Shown: positions 24,880 to 39,722 of the stretch, piece by piece | Numbering within the stretch: position 1 is the stretch's first letter | Layout: the number at the start of each line of letters is the position of its first letter | NCBI GenBank assembly: GCA_951406725.2 | Contig: OX597815.1 | Span: forward strand, 149,792,001 to 149,856,000 | DNA length: 64,000 nucleotides | DNA from: Octopus vulgaris | Taxonomy: Eukaryota | Reading direction: 5' to 3' | The notes under the pieces: model-generated | Database searches by the model: none | What the model was told of the DNA's origin: nothing | The model's input: the letters and a program-made list of their open reading frames with translations, nothing else | Translations under genes and position numbers: made by a program

Positions 24880-25877
24880 GGAGAGAGAGAGAGAGATAGA
24901 GAGATAATTTGTGCATTCTTTGCCTGTATATAAAGTGTGTTTGAAGCGGTTGTCTGTCTTTCGCAACACTAAACATTTAACTCACGAGACACTTTAATAA
25001 TTTTGAAGACGTTTGAAAATATTTAAATACATTTACATCAAAAATCTATATATCTCTTCTTTATTCTATTGTAGTATGAGTACATGGGTATTTGAATAGA
25101 TTCTAGAACTTAATTTAAATAATGTACTGAACACTTAAAGTGATGAAGTAGGTTGCATTTTAGATTTTATAATTCTTGGGATTTTAATCGGACGGTAATA
25201 GCAATGGTGGAAATGATTTGAATTAAAATAACTGTAAGTTGACATCTGTCATATCTTGTATTTGCCTTGTGGGAATTATTTATTTAAACTTTATAGACAA
25301 TCGCTTTGTATACGCTAGTCGATATTCATTTGCAATATTTGATAGCTTACCAACGCCTGCACAACTTGTAGTACAAGATTCGACGTGGTTCATTGTCATA
25401 TAATATTGTAATATCATGGGTAGAATTTTCAGTCAGCGCAACTCCTTGGCCACATATAGGGAAATCATATATACATACACACGCATGCAAAACTAATGAT
25501 GCATTGGTACACACACACAATCATCTAAGAAGTTAAGAGATATGCTGACACAGGATAAAGTCGTCAGACTCATTTAAGGACATCAAGTCACAGAGTCAAC
25601 GATACGATGACCACTGCAGTTCTTCAGATGTGGCAAATCCGGTGCTCTTACTACAAACAATTAAAAATACGTAACGAAACAAACTATAGTTGGGGATTCT
25701 AATTAATGATCCTGCGGACACAGGACTTATGACAGGTGAAAGTGTGCCACGATTACTACATCATTGTAACAAACTTGAAGCCCGATCTTTTTCCAAGTAT
25801 AATCCTTTTCCAACCCCATTCATGTTACCGCCTTTCTTGTCATATATATTGATTTGACAATATTTATGTGAGAGTTT

Positions 25878-26035
25878 GCATGGCCTAGTGTTTCACTTAC
25901 GATCGGTAGATCGTGTTTTTAGTTCCTGGACGTGTGGGAGGGATTGTATTCTTAAGCAAAACATTTCATCTCACCTTGCTCGTCGTCCGGTTCAACACTT
26001 GTTGCGTGGTTCAGACAACGTCGATTTGATGGAGA
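25878..26035 (+). mobile_element. Degenerate tRNA-like SINE fragment
   Basis: tggcctagtg resembles an A box and tagttcctgg resembles a B box. Confidence 0.35.
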
Positions 26036-26059
26036 CAGATACAGCACATAAAAACAAAA

Positions 26060-26660
26060 TTAGATATGTTTCGACCAAAGATTGGTCTAACTTAATAGCA
26101 CCACCTGATAGGATTATCCGAATCATTTTTAAGTCAAGTTTTGTGTTTTCATGGTGCATTCAAGTAGGAATGTCTTGTTGAGTGAGTTGTATCCAGGTAT
26201 GGGTGGCTTGTCTGGTATTCGTTGAAGATATATGTCCAGACTCCGTTTAAAAGTGATGGGATCCTATTCCTCTTTGATCAGGTTTGGGACATTGTCAGAC
26301 AGAGCAGGGCCTGTGTCGTAGAGTAACTATAAGTTGTAATCCTGAATTGGGCAGGGGACATATGGCCCGTGATCCCAGCCTTGGATGAAACTTGAGACTA
26401 ATGCTCAGGTCGTTTTGGAAATGTTGGCGGTATATTCTCTACATCGTGCAAATGATGTACCGCTCGCGGCGGCGCTGGAGAGAGTAGAGTTTCAAGGCTT
26501 TAAGGCGGTCCCAGTAATCGAGATCAGTCATGCATTCAATCCGTTTCGTGAGATTCAATTTGCGAGATGTTTTCCATATATCTTATCACTATAAACAAAT
26601 CGTTTGTGTAGGTGGTTCGGCAAAATCTGAAAGTTCATACGTCATCTTTCACGGAAGTTA
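26060..26660 (-). pseudogene. CR1-clade LINE 3-prime end
   Basis: RLKALKLYSLQRRRERYIICTM...TGPALSDNVP...FKRSLDIYLQRIPDKPPIPGY. Same family as the 10468 copy. Confidence 0.85.
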
Positions 26661-26897
26661 CCATCATTTATATGTATATATATATATATATATTAATAAA
26701 TATATATATATATATATGCATACATTTGGATGGATGTATATTTGTGTATGTGTATGTATATATAAAACAGTGTTACACAGATCTTATCTTTAAATTCCTT
26801 CACATGTCTTCTATTATAACCCGTAGTTATAATAGAAGATGCTGTAAAGTAGGACTGAACGCGAATAGACGTGGTAAGTGCTCTCTCTCATTGGATG

Positions 26898-26975
<78 letters not shown>

Positions 26976-27546
26976 CATACGTACGTACGTACATACATAC
27001 ATACATACATACATACATACATACATACATACATACATACATACATACATACATACATAGATGCGTAGCTATATGATAACAGTATTTTGAGTTCTAGCGT
27101 AAAGATGTCATAGAATTAAAAAGAAAAATATCAAAACAAATTTTCTGAACTTCTTCGCAGCAATAACAGAAAAATTTAAATGCTCCTTCTTTACTATACC
27201 AGGAAGACTACACATACAGATTAGTTTCTAGTCTCCGGTGTGTTTTATAAATTATGTCTTTTCACAAATTTACATTGTCGTTAGAAAATATCTGAAGATG
27301 TAAGATGCTTCAGCGATATTGGATATTAAAGTTATCACCTCATCTCCTTCAAAATTTCTTTCCATTTTAATTACCATCTCTGAACAACATTATACTTTCA
27401 TTTATTTCACTGTGCCAATTCAATATATGCATTTATGCATACATATATGAATCTAATCTATCTATCTACCTGTGTGTGTATGTGTGTGTGTGTGTGTGTG
27501 TATGTGTGTGTGTGTGTGTGTGTGTGCGTGTGTGTGAGTGTATATA

Positions 27547-28428
27547 TGATAATGTATCCAAAAGTAATCGGAAACGTATTCTCTGGGACAAGCCCGTTGT
27601 AGTTCAGGTTTCCACCGGTGGAGACAACTTGATGAGAGCGTCAGGCATCAGTCTGCCGACCGGCATCGTCTCCGTAGGTTGTACCGCTGCCGGGTGCGTC
27701 TTCGTTGTGCACTGCGTCACCTCTATTTGTCGATTTTTGCGGCGGCTGAAAGGAAGGAACAGCGTGATTCCGTGAAATTATATTTTCTGCTGGGGAAACA
27801 GCGGTCTAAACAGTTATCATGCTTGAAACAGCCCACAGAGATTCTACCATGGGCAAAATTCAAGTCTATAAGTGGTTTCTATGCTTTAAGAATGGTCACT
27901 TACAACTTGGATACAAACCTTGTTCAAGGCGACCGCCGACGTCCCGAACGAATTAAAATATCAATGAAATTGATGACCTGACCTTGGAGAACAATCGCCG
28001 TAATTCGGCGAACTTGCTAATATGACTGGTGTGCCTTGGAATTCCTGCCAACGAACCTTGAGAGAGGAAATGCGAATAGACAGATTTGAAGCAAAATGTG
28101 TGACTTGCTTGCTCAAAGAAGATCAAATGTAGTCACGACTGAATGCGTGCCGTAACCTGAAAGAACAGCTGGAAGTTGTTCCGAAATTGTTTTTCGCTGG
28201 TAATACGGAATTTGCAGATGTGGAAGAGGCGAAGCAACAAATGACGGAGACGTTAAAAGATGTCACTTCGAAAGAGGTGCAGCACTGCTTCGAATAGTCG
28301 AAAACACAGCAGGACCGATGCATTGATTCAAATGGAGTATACTCTGAAAGCGATAAAAGTGTAAACATGTGAATTCAAGTGAATAAAATGATATTGCAAA
28401 CTTCCGTTTTCTTTTGGGTACACACTCG
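27547..28428 (+). mobile_element. Internally deleted mariner transposon
   Basis: TIRs tgtatccaaaagtaatcggaa and ttccgttttcttttgggtaca. Relics EQRDSVKLYFLLGK, CQRTLREEM...AKCVTCLL and RCIDSNGVY remain. The catalytic middle is missing. Confidence 0.8.
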
Positions 28429-28488
28429 TATATATAGATATGTAGATATATATATATGCATTGTATATGTGTGTATATATATGTAAAT

Positions 28489-28549
<61 letters not shown>

Positions 28550-29130
28550 TATATATATATATATATATCCATATATATTAAAAGTAATCTAGATTCATTT
28601 GAATTAGGGACTTCAATTGAGGCACCTTGTTAGGACGAACTTATTTGCAAACACAGACAATATTAAGTGACCATGAAACTCTACATAGAATTTTTTTCCA
28701 CCTGATATCCATGCAGTGTATGCATGTGGCACGATCCAACTTTTTAAAGAAATCCTGTTTGCTCAGACATATGTTCTGTATAAAGATACTCTCTAAATAC
28801 TTCCGAAGTGCAGATTCCAGTAGCAAACATATATATATATTACAAGGTTTGGAGATGATGTTCAGGTATTATATATTAGAAGAAATGAGGTACTCAGAAA
28901 TCTGGATGGTTTTATATTTATAGATATTTATTAATATGACACATGTTCTTATAAATCATATATTAGCGCTTGCGTCGACTCTGCTGGAGTCGTTAGATTG
29001 AACTTTGTCAGGAATTTTGTCTCTTTTATAGTAATATTGAGTGTGTAGGGGTGGAGAGAGATATAAGATTGTACAAGAGGGTGAGGAATGGGGAGAAAGG
29101 GAGAGAGAGTGCGTGTATGTGCATGTGTGT

Positions 29131-29320
29131 GTGTGCATTTGTATCTGAAAGAGGTGTCAATGGAAAAGAGAAGGAAAGAAAGGAGGAGAGAAAGAAAAAA
29201 TGTGTTGACACCTTTGCAGCTGGTCAGTCTTCCAATACTAAATGATTCTTGGCTCTTAGAAATGACAAACCCAGCTGGTCACTCCAAGGATAAAATTGTC
29301 TGGATTTATCATTGTCTTGT

Positions 29321-29362
<42 letters not shown>

Positions 29363-29476
29363 ACGTGTGTGTGTGCACGTGTGTGTGGGTGCCTGTGTAT
29401 CTGAAATGAGTGTCAATGGAAAAGAGAAGGGAAGAAAGAAGGAAGAGAGGAAGAAGAAATAATTACGTTGACATCT
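29131..29476. repeat. Two direct repeats of about 85 bp, each preceded by (GT)n
   Basis: tgtatctgaaa...gtgtcaatggaaaagagaagg...gttgaca at about 29131 and 29387. Confidence 0.8.
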
Positions 29477-29586
29477 ATACCGCTGTTCAGTTCTTTCCAT
29501 ACAATGTTTGATTTCCTGTGCTGATATGGGTTGGAAAATCTGGATGTAGGATTGTTTTTATTTATGTAAATGTACATATGAGTATA

Positions 29587-29779
<193 letters not shown>

Positions 29780-30294
29780 TTAATACAATTTACTTTACAA
29801 AATTGTTCCTTCATCTACTACAAATTATTATAGAAATATTTTCTGCCATTCAATTTGGAGGGAAACTTTGTTATGAAGTATTTTAATCCATATTTTTCCT
29901 GAAGGAGGTGTCATTCTTTGGGAATTTATATATCTAACCACGATATCCTTGACCTGAAGAGCAGCTAGTGTTATACACCTCACTTGGATATTTACCACTT
30001 CTGAGGTTCCGCTCGCTATGAAACATATGTAACCTGTGTCTTATCTACTCCATTCCGTAGCACTTGTATTATTCGCACACCCGGCAAACCTGGTCACCTA
30101 CTGTAGAAAATAAATCGAACTTTTTTCAATTTATCGTTCTTAGATACGAAAAAATCCACAGCCGTCCGTCTCAACACACCACTATTATCCTTGAAACTTG
30201 TATTTTTTAAATATTTACTACGGATTGCTTAAAATTAACTTTCTTCTTACACCTTAACGTAGCCTGCATATAATCATTAGACATATGTGTTAAT

Positions 30295-30580
30295 GTCCAA
30301 TCACCATTGATAGCTGGCCTGTCATATGAAACCTACTACATAAGCAACTTTCTTGACATCCAACTGAAATATATCAAAAGCTTCATTCGAGACGATCTAG
30401 ATATGGTAAACCCACTCCCCCCAAAAACCAATGTAAAGACAATCATGGAACTCTTCGAAATTGCGAACTATAGAATAGAAGCAATCAAATTCTAATTGGA
30501 AAATTAGTCCGCATCAACAAGGAATTTATAACTGAAGCATTAAAATTCATCCTTCAAAACAATTACTTTTTGTTTTATAT
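30295..30580 (+). pseudogene. Penelope-like RT fragment
   Basis: PLIAGLSYETYYISNFLDI...IKSFIRDDLDMVNPLP...IEAIKF...ALKFILQNNYF. Confidence 0.7.
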
Positions 30581-30792
30581 CAATTATTACTATCTTTTTT
30601 CAGTTCTTTCTTATATACCCGTAAAATGACTATCATGAATATATAAACAATTAGGGGCTATGTACATGTTTTAATTCATATTTTTTTTTTTTAATATTTT
30701 AATCAAAATATAACAAATGTAAACAAAAATTGGGGAAATTACTTGCCCTGCTTCCAATAATAAAACTCATTGATTTCTCCCTGATATATATA

Positions 30793-31209
30793 TTCTCTTT
30801 ACTCTCTTTACTCTTTTACTTGTTTCAGTCATTTGACTGCGGCCATGCTGGAGCACCGCCTTTAGTCGAGCGAATCGACCCCGGGACTTATTCTTTGTAA
30901 GCCCAGTACTTATTCTATCGGTCTCTTTTGCCGAACCGCTAAGTTACGGGGACGTAAACACACCAGCATCGGTTGTCAAGCAATGCTAGGGGGACAACCA
31001 CAGACACACAAACACACACGCACATATATATATATACATATATACGACAGGCTTCTTTTCAGTTTCCGTCTACCAAATCCACTCACAAGGCATTGGTCGG
31101 CCCGGGGCTATAGTAGAAGACACTTGCCCAAGATGCCACGAAGTGGGACTGAACCTGGAACCATGTGGTTGGTTAGCAAGCTACTTACCACACAGCCACT
31201 CCTGCGCCT
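30793..31209 (-). mobile_element. tRNA-derived SINE family A, full length
   Basis: Head aggcgcaggagtggctgtgtggtaag...ggttcagtccc, CORE-like cttgggcaagt, internal (TA)/(TG) tract and (AGAGTAA)-like tail. Confidence 0.92.
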
Positions 31210-32267
31210 ATATATATATATTTACCTCCTGATCGATTTACAAAATATCCTTCCTCCAGCTAACTTGGCATGAAAATTTCTTATGATACCATGAAATTTT
31301 AAACTTATCTTTAACTTATTAAATTTGATTAGTACAAGGGAAATCGGTCGGCTATGTAAATAGTTTGTTCAACATAAAAGTCCTGCGCATTTTCCTCATT
31401 TTTATATTTTTCACTACATTCTACCACGTGGAAGAAAATCTTTTTTATCGAACCTTGTGTGTGCGCGTGTGCGTGTGACCGCCTGTATACACATATGAAG
31501 GTTGAGTTTGACTAATATGTCATGCTTAGTAGTGTAAAATAGCTTTGTTTTAACTTTATTACCTTATGTTTGGTTAGTATTTACAATTAGCACTATTGAA
31601 AACTACACGACCGTTGACAGACTGGTAGTTTCATATTTTTGGCTTATCTTACCATGAATAACGGAAATGAAGAATAACCAGACAACCAATATTGAAAATG
31701 AAAATAATGAATATATATCAAATAAAGATAAACCTGAAAATAATGAAAGAAAGGAAATTCAAACAGTATAATCTAAATAACATCTGAGTGAAACGAGACA
31801 ATTAGGAGCCGATCAAAAAAGAGATAGGAAGATTTTATTGTTCGTTATTGTAGTTCTTGTAGGTTTGATGTTGAAGTGTTTTCGTCAAATTATTAAACTA
31901 AAGTAAAACATACCTTAGTTTGAAAGTTATAGAAGCAAAGTTACAATTTTTTTTGGGGGGGGGCTTGTTATTTCACGTTGTTTTTTTTCCTTTTGTGGCT
32001 AGGTTTTCTCGTTCTCGATAACAATAAGCCTGGTGTAAAGGTTAAATGGGATTGATGTTCTCGAAACGATTATGTAGCTAGGTGTATGAAAGTAAAAATG
32101 TTAGTAGGGTACTTATAAAATGCATATTTACAGCAGGTCCTGTGCTTTTGCTACTTTAGAGGATACATACATTCGGAGTTCTAAAGCAACTGGTCATTTG
32201 TACCATTTTGTGTATATATATATATCGGCACCCTCTGTCTACATATATATATATATAGATATACATA

Positions 32268-33494
32268 TCAGATCATTAAGAAGGAAATGTCCGATTTTCT
32301 TAAGCACCAATTTTGAAAGTTGTTAACTCTGACAATTCTTTGTTTTACAACACTGAAGCTTTACAGGCAATTCATGGTGTCTGATTATATTGTGACTTTT
32401 CTCTTGTAAATCAATTTTTGTGAACCGGTAGATACATTAAAAATCGTGTTGTCTATGGATATGAGTTTCGTCGTGGAACCAATGCATGCCTGACTGCTCG
32501 AAACATCAATGAGGTGTTTGGTGAAGACGTGACGAATAAGCGAACTGTATGTCAATAGATTGAGAAGTTCCTGTCTGGTGACTTTGCTCTTGAAATTCTG
32601 CCCCGTAGTAGTCCTGAGACAAAGGTGAATAATGATGAGCTGGAAATTCGTAGTGGAAGCAGATATATCTCAAACTATGCGTGAGTTCGAAGCAAGATTT
32701 GATTGATCGGCAAGGTAAAGAAGCTAGACAAATGGGTACCACATGAATTGAACGAGCAACAAATGACAATTCGTTTTGAAACTTGCTGTTCTTTCCTGTA
32801 ACGTCATAAAAAGCGAACCATTTTTGCATCGTATTGTTAGGTCTGATGAAAAAGGGATTCTTTTCAACAATAGCAAGCATTCTGTATGGTGGTTGGATAG
32901 AGACGAAGTGCCAAACATAATCCAAAAACGAATATTCACCAAAAAATGCTAATGGTGTCTGCTTGCTGGTCCAGTGCTGGTGTCTTCAAATACAGCTTCA
33001 TGAGCCCTGGTAAGCCAATTACAGGAGATGTATATATCAACCTATTGGATGAAATAATGAGCGAACTTGCAATTAAACAACTGTGATTGATCAATTGAGA
33101 CACGCTAATTCTCTTGCAGGACAACTCTCGACCATATGTTGCACAAAGAACGCTACTCAATTTACAGGAACTGTACTTGGAAGTACTCTGTCATCCATCA
33201 TATTCACCAGACCTTTGTACCAACAGATTATCGCATTTCCCAGGCATTAGATAACTTTTTGCAAGGAAAAAACTTCAAATCTGAAGATGATGCAAATCAG
33301 CCTTTTAATGATTTCACCACTTCTTGCTCTCTAGATTTCGTCACTGCCGGCATAAATAAGCTACCGATAAAATGGCAAGGTGGTATTGATAATTCAGGTG
33401 TATACTTTGATTAGCTGCATTGCTTTCCTGTGAGATAAGATAAAGTTTCAGTTCAAAATCTGACATTTAACATTTAACTCTTAATGGTCTTAGA
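32268..33494 (+). mobile_element. Near full-length defective mariner transposon
   Basis: YEFRRG...ARNINEVFG, KWVPHELN, SDEK, QDNSRP, HPSYSPDL and GVYFD* motifs. Degenerate TIRs tcattaag...aaatgtc.gatttt and TA flanks. Confidence 0.92.
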
Positions 33495-33821
33495 TATATA
33501 TATATATATATATATATATAAAGAAAACTTATTTCCATGCCAATATGGGGATAACTGACTTTTAAATTGCCAATTTTCACATATCATTATACACTCACTA
33601 AAAATATACGTCGTACTGAAATCGAGAAGCTAGCCAAGATAATTTTTTAAAACAAGTTGGTTATTTCTATATTGAATCAATTTCGGAATTAATCCCATGG
33701 ATTTTTTCCTCTTCAGCAGAAAATACGATAAGAAATAAATGAAATACTTACAGGCACCCATGGAAAAAGCACATATATATTTGTGTGAATGCGTGTATAT
33801 GTATGTATATATATATATACA

Positions 33822-33887
<66 letters not shown>

Positions 33888-34014
33888 TATGTATGTATAT
33901 GTATATATATATGTATATATACATATTTGTATCATGTTTATATGCATGTTTATATGTATATATTATATATTATATGTTATATTATGTATATATAGAGGGA
34001 AAGGCAGTTTGGGT

Positions 34015-34330
34015 GATGTATGCATATGAACGGCTATACTCAATGGCACTGGGACGTGAGCCCTGAATGCAGAAGATATGCGTAGACTAGAGCAAAATCA
34101 GATGAGGCCTACAAGGGAGAAGAGTACGTCGGTGTAGACATGTGATGCGCATGAATGAAGACAGCTGTATAAAGACGTAGCGCTCGCTTAAACTGGTTGG
34201 CAACCGCGGAAGAGGGAAACACAGGAGGTCATATGATAAAGTATAATGGACTGATTTCAAGATGTTGGGCCATACGGAGGATATGATAATCGTTCTGATG
34301 TCTAGTGATAGGAAGTTCCTGAGAAAATCA
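34015..34330 (+). pseudogene. RTE-like LINE 3-prime fragment
   Basis: [10 protein letters not shown]...HVMRMNEDSCIK...GNRGRGKHRRS. Confidence 0.6.
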
Positions 34331-34559
34331 GCTCACTGTTTGTTCCACCTATATGTAAATTTAATTTTTTACAAACGAAACTATATTTCCTCTTCTCCTC
34401 TATCCTACATCTCCTTTTTTGCACTATGCTTATCTCTCCTTTCTCAGTCCTGCATCCCTGTCTTGTTCACATTCCCAACTCTATCATTTCCGTCTTGGGA
34501 TCCTTGCTCTATATACCCCTCGTTCACCAGTCACTGTATTTCCCTTCCCCGCTTTTTAC

Positions 34560-34810
34560 AATGACTTTGAACATCCTATTTATATTCATCACCATGACTA
34601 ATGATCACTCCAAACACCATGGTGTAGATTGGATGTTTGATTTTTATCACTCTCAGTACATGTTTGGGGGACCCGGCAGACAAACCGTTTTTCTGTTTGT
34701 TCAACATCCGTTCGTACTGGAGTTTCTGGCGTGAATACCGAGCACTACAAATCCCTCTCAGAGTAAATTGCGTCATGGTGCTGTTTTCTCAGACAGTACC
34801 CAAAGGATCC
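34560..34810 (-). pseudogene. Tc1/mariner superfamily (maT-like) transposase fragment
   Basis: RVIKIKHPIYTMVFGVIISHGD resembles the KHP.HIMVFGVITSDGD segment. Confidence 0.55.
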
Positions 34811-35522
34811 TTCTATACTGCGTATATATATATATATATATATATGCGGAAATGAATTTTATGTCCTCTGAGATTTTCAGAAGATTTATTGACATTGATT
34901 TAACAAGTCTCACATTTTAATATTTTCTAATAAATTGTTAGGTGAAAGACGATTGAACTATAATTTAGCTATCTCGATGCTCACCGGAATTTCGAAATTC
35001 CTTCGAGATATTTAGCTTGGCGTCATTTAAAGAGTGGTTCCACTCGGTCAATATGAAAGGAGATTCAGATATATGATTTCTATCGTTCTCAATGGCGTTC
35101 GCGTATAAGGGTCTGGCAGCGCATGAACAATAATTACCCCAAAAGATAATTATGCAATAGTTTAGTGACTGATTCATCCGAGCAATGTGTTCGAGATTGT
35201 CAGGTTAGGTAGAAAATGAAGCACAAGATGCTTAATTCTATGCATCTGAACAGGATAAAATCAAAGGTAGTCTCGGTGGTATCCGAACTAGGAGGAGAGT
35301 AGACCGCAATCATTACGGAGAGATAATCCTGTTTAACATGTCCCTGAGACGTTGCTACTTTACCGTTTGTGTCCGCGTATGTATATAGAGAAGATATTAT
35401 AACGATAAATAACGATATATTATGATAGATTAAATACATTATAATATAGGTTGCTATCGCAATCAAAAGCCAAAAAGGCAGAATACATAAATAAGGGTGG
35501 AAATAGTACCTAAAAATATATA

Positions 35523-35735
35523 TTTCTTTACTACCCACAAGGGGCTAAACATAGAGGGGACAAACAAGGACAGACAAAGGGATTGAGTTGATTACATCGA
35601 CCCAGTGCGTAACTGGTACTTTATTTATCGACCCCGAGAGGATGAAAGGCAAAGTCGACCTCGGCGGAATTTGAACTCAGAACGTAATGACAGACGAAAT
35701 ACGGCTACGCATTTCGCCCGGCGCGCTAACGTTTC
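35523..35735 (-). mobile_element. SINE family C copy with clipped head
   Basis: Highly similar to 23172-23390. Confidence 0.88.
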
Positions 35736-36166
35736 ACCAACCTCACGAGATATTGAAAGGACTGCGCGCGGCAAGGCAAGACATCTTTCTTCTGCGAGAG
35801 AAAACTCACAGAACGTAGTAATTTGATGAGACCCTACCACATGATTTGGAAATTTAACTAATAAGGTTTCGTTTCTCTTCAGGGGAATCTGTATTATCGT
35901 TTTAATATATTCTTGTATTTTTATATACACGCAAACCGTTTTGAATTTTAGCGCTCGTTTTCAACGGTTATTTTCCCTCATAAGCAAATGAGAAGCAAGC
36001 TGTCTCTTTAATCCGTAGTAAATTGTAGATTCCCCTGAAAGGAAACGAATCATGTGATAGGGTCTCATCAAATTACTTCCTTCTGTGTGTTTTATCTCGC
36101 TGGAGAAAGACAGAATGATGTTGCGGCTTGCCGCTCGCAGTCCTTTGAACATCTCATGAAGTTGGT
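35736..36166. mobile_element. Fold-back element with arms of about 140-155 bp
   Basis: accaacctcacgagat...gtaatttgatgagaccctaccacatgatt...caggggaatct is mirrored at 36024-36166. Confidence 0.8.
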
Positions 36167-38244
36167 AATTTTGTGTGGCCATTGGAGTAACATTTTAGCT
36201 CTTATTTCTTGCAATTGTAGGTATTATATATATATATAAACACACATACATACATGTATATATATGTATATATTATATACATATATAATTGTAAACGTAT
36301 GCATTGACATGCGTACGTACACTTGTATAAATAATAGATATGATTCCTATATTTTCGTGTATACAAGGGTTTTCCTATACATGCATAAAGCAATATGTAT
36401 ATAGGGGTGTGTGTGTGTGTACATATATATATGCATATATATAAATATATATATACATACATATATAAATATATATACTTATATATGTATATATATTTAT
36501 GAGTATATATATGTATGAATATGAATATATATATATATATATATGTACTATTTTTCATAGATATTTATCCAAAAACACAATTGTATCACATAGGAATTTA
36601 ATTATTTGAACCATCGGAAAACATGTAAGAATCAATAACGTATCGTTTATTTATGACTTACTATAATAAATCACATACAATCAGTCACTGCAGTTAAAAT
36701 TTTCTGTTCTAAAGCAACAGTAATTTCAAATAATTTCTACATTTATATTTATGACATTTCTGAGGGAAAGCATAAAACCAATAGAAAATCTCAATGGCTT
36801 ACTCTGAATTAAATATTTAATCCTCTTGCTCAGATATATGGTTTATTCTTATCGCTATTCAAAATCTACCAAGTAGAATTTGAATCTTTCTTAGGACCTT
36901 AGAGAATGAAAAGATAGTCTGATATGCTAATATAATTTTCACATATATGTCAGATTCATATCCCTTTTCAGTTGTACTCTTGGCGTGAATGAACGACTTA
37001 AGGCGCAATAAATGCCGAATAGAAAACACAGACACGTTTTTAGTGTTACACGTTGCTTAGTTCTTGTTATTCTTTTCGAGTGATGGCCGTTTAAGATTCG
37101 AAGTTGATATCATTTCTTCTGTTCTGCGGTAAATCAATTGAAAAATGCCAGCTGCGTGATCAATTGTAGAACTACTGAGACTGGTTTGGGAGGGGCGAAG
37201 AGGGAGTTTATTTATTGTGAAACAGAAGATAAATCTTGAAATCCTGCAACAGTTTCGATTCTGATAGAAGTACCAGTATACCAGGTCATGTTAAAGAGTT
37301 TGATCTATTAAATCTGCTACTTAATGAACAAGTAAATTATCGATCATTTAAACAGGTCAATGGCAATTTATGTCGGACGTAAGTTCGTTTTGCATTTTGT
37401 CCAACTTAGAATCGTTCCTAAATTGATACTGAATTCAGTTTGCTGGCCAATAAAAACACATTACTTCAAAATTGTATTTCAAGAATAAATTTCCTTTATT
37501 TCTCTTCTTATATGTCTAAGACGTTGCTGCCTTAATTTCAACTAAAACCGTTTATAATTTGTAGGCAAAAGATTGTTTTTGGTCTTATCTTTATATGTGG
37601 CGAATGAACGGTAATGTATGAAAAGTATTGAATTTTACGCGCTGTACTATTTTATTCTTATCTAATTTTCGCTATACCAGTAATATGCCAACCTCCGCTC
37701 ATGACCAACACAACTTAGTATAAAAAACAAAATTAGGGCGTGATCAAAATGCTATGCTTAATTAAACATTAAGGAAAAAAAACGTCTTCTGTTACAATGG
37801 AGAATATTGACATAAGATGATTAAATATTTGAAGTTCTTTTAGAAGTCACGCTATAGCAGGTTCGATCCTAAACTGCGGTACCTCTCACAAGCAATTTTT
37901 ACCCTGAATATGTATTGGTGATTTCGGCTCAAGGCCAGCAAGTTTGGGTGTGGGGAGTGAATTATGTCGAAACACCCACCCCGCCCACAATGCTCAACTT
38001 TATCGAACACGTAAGCATGAATGTCATAGTCGATCTGCGTGGAATTTGAACTCAGAACATGCTGGGACCCCATTCGATCATGACTGACCATGGGATTGCA
38101 CCTAGAAAGTTACCCTCCCAGGCACAATCCGGGAAAGGTTGTTTATGGAAAACCAGTTGTCGCCCATGCATACCAGCCACCCGTATCCACGCCACCAGTG
38201 TTATCCAAGGGAAAGGCAAAGACCGATACAGTTTGGCACCTGTG

Positions 38245-38560
38245 ACGTAGAGACGGACGAAATCCCGCTAAGCATTTTCCTGGAGCGGTAATGATTCTGC
38301 CAGCTCGCATTCGTCTTCGATTCTGAAATATTGATTTCAAATTTTGACACAAGGCAAGCAATTTTGTGGAGAGGGAAGCAAGTCGATTACATTGATCCCC
38401 AGTGTCCCAACTGGTACTTACTTTATCGAGCCTGAAAGAGTGAAAGACAAGGTCAACCTGGGCAAAAATTAAACCCCAAACGCTAAAGATGGACAAAATT
38501 CTGCAAAGTATTCTACCCGGCGTGATAATGATTCCATCAGCTTGCATCCGTCTTCGATTC
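38245..38560 (-). mobile_element. Degenerate SINE family C fragments
   Basis: gacgaaatcccgctaagcatt and aagtcgattacattgatccccagtg...ctggtacttactttatcga. Confidence 0.6.
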
Positions 38561-39281
38561 TGAAATGTTAAGCGTTAATTTGAAGCAAGTAAATTTGAAC
38601 TCAGGTTGTTAAAAAGAGAAAAATACACCAAGAAAATCGTCATACGCTCTATTGCTTTTATCACAACGAAATATAATACATGATGTAATAATAGAACATT
38701 AGCACTCTTGTCATGTTAGAAGCGTTGATGAATGTGGGGTTAGATGTGTGTGCGCGTGTTTGTGTGTCTCTGTATATGCGTGTGAAGTTCCTAACACCTT
38801 TATTGATATTTTCTCTAGCCCAATTGTTTTTTACTCCACTCTTGCATAGAATTCTTCTGAGAGTCGAAGTTTGTTACTTGTTTATTTCAAAATGTTGTTT
38901 CTCAGGTGATGGTAAAATTGATTTCCCATATCTCTATCAGCATCAAGTGTTAGAACATAAGCTGTGATAAAATAAAGATTTTTTGAGATAATGGTACGCG
39001 AAGAGTAATAAATCTTATGTTCATAGCAGTTGGAGTTAATTGATGGCCTCAAAGATCCTGTTCTTCACACTAAAACACACTCTTTGGACTGTATTCGTTC
39101 TTACCTTTTTCTCTCTTCTCAAAAGAAAGTATACCCACAACTTGTATCTCCAAGTTCGTCACTCAACAAAAGATGGGTTTTGGAGAGAAGAGTTTTCTCA
39201 ATGTTGAAATTAGAATCCTTTAGAGCCAAATGATGGACGCTGTTCAATTTCAGTGTTGTTAAGGCCAAGGATTGCGCAAAT

Positions 39282-39722
39282 AAGCGCGGGAGTGGCTGTA
39301 TGGTAAGTAGCTTGCTTACCAACCACATGGTTTCGACTTCAGTCCCACTGCGTGGTACCTTGGACAAGTATCTTTTACTATATTCTTGGGCCGACCAAGT
39401 CCCTGTGTGTGGATTTGGTTGAGAGAATCTGAAAGAAGCCCGTCGTATATGTGTCTCTGTGTGTGTGCGCGCATGTGTGTACGTGTGTGTGTGCTTGTAT
39501 GTTCGTGTGTGTTTGTGTGCCTAAGTTTGCCCTCCCCCAATCATCGCTTGACAACCGATGATGGTCTATTTACGTTCCTGTCAATTAGCTTTTCGGCAAA
39601 TGAAAACGATTGAATCAGTACTAGGCTTACAAAGAATGAGTTCTGGGGTCGATTTGTTTGACTAACAGCGGTGCTCCAGCATGGCAGCAGTCAAATGACT
39701 GAAACAAATAAAAGAATAAAAG
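39282..39722 (+). mobile_element. SINE family A, full length
   Basis: gcgcgggagtggctgtatggtaagtagcttgcttacc ... gcagtcaaatgactgaaacaa. Confidence 0.9.

Noticed and set aside
35822-35855. TTGATGAGACCC...GAAA in a fold-back arm
   Set aside because: There is no stem II or helix III consistent with a hammerhead.
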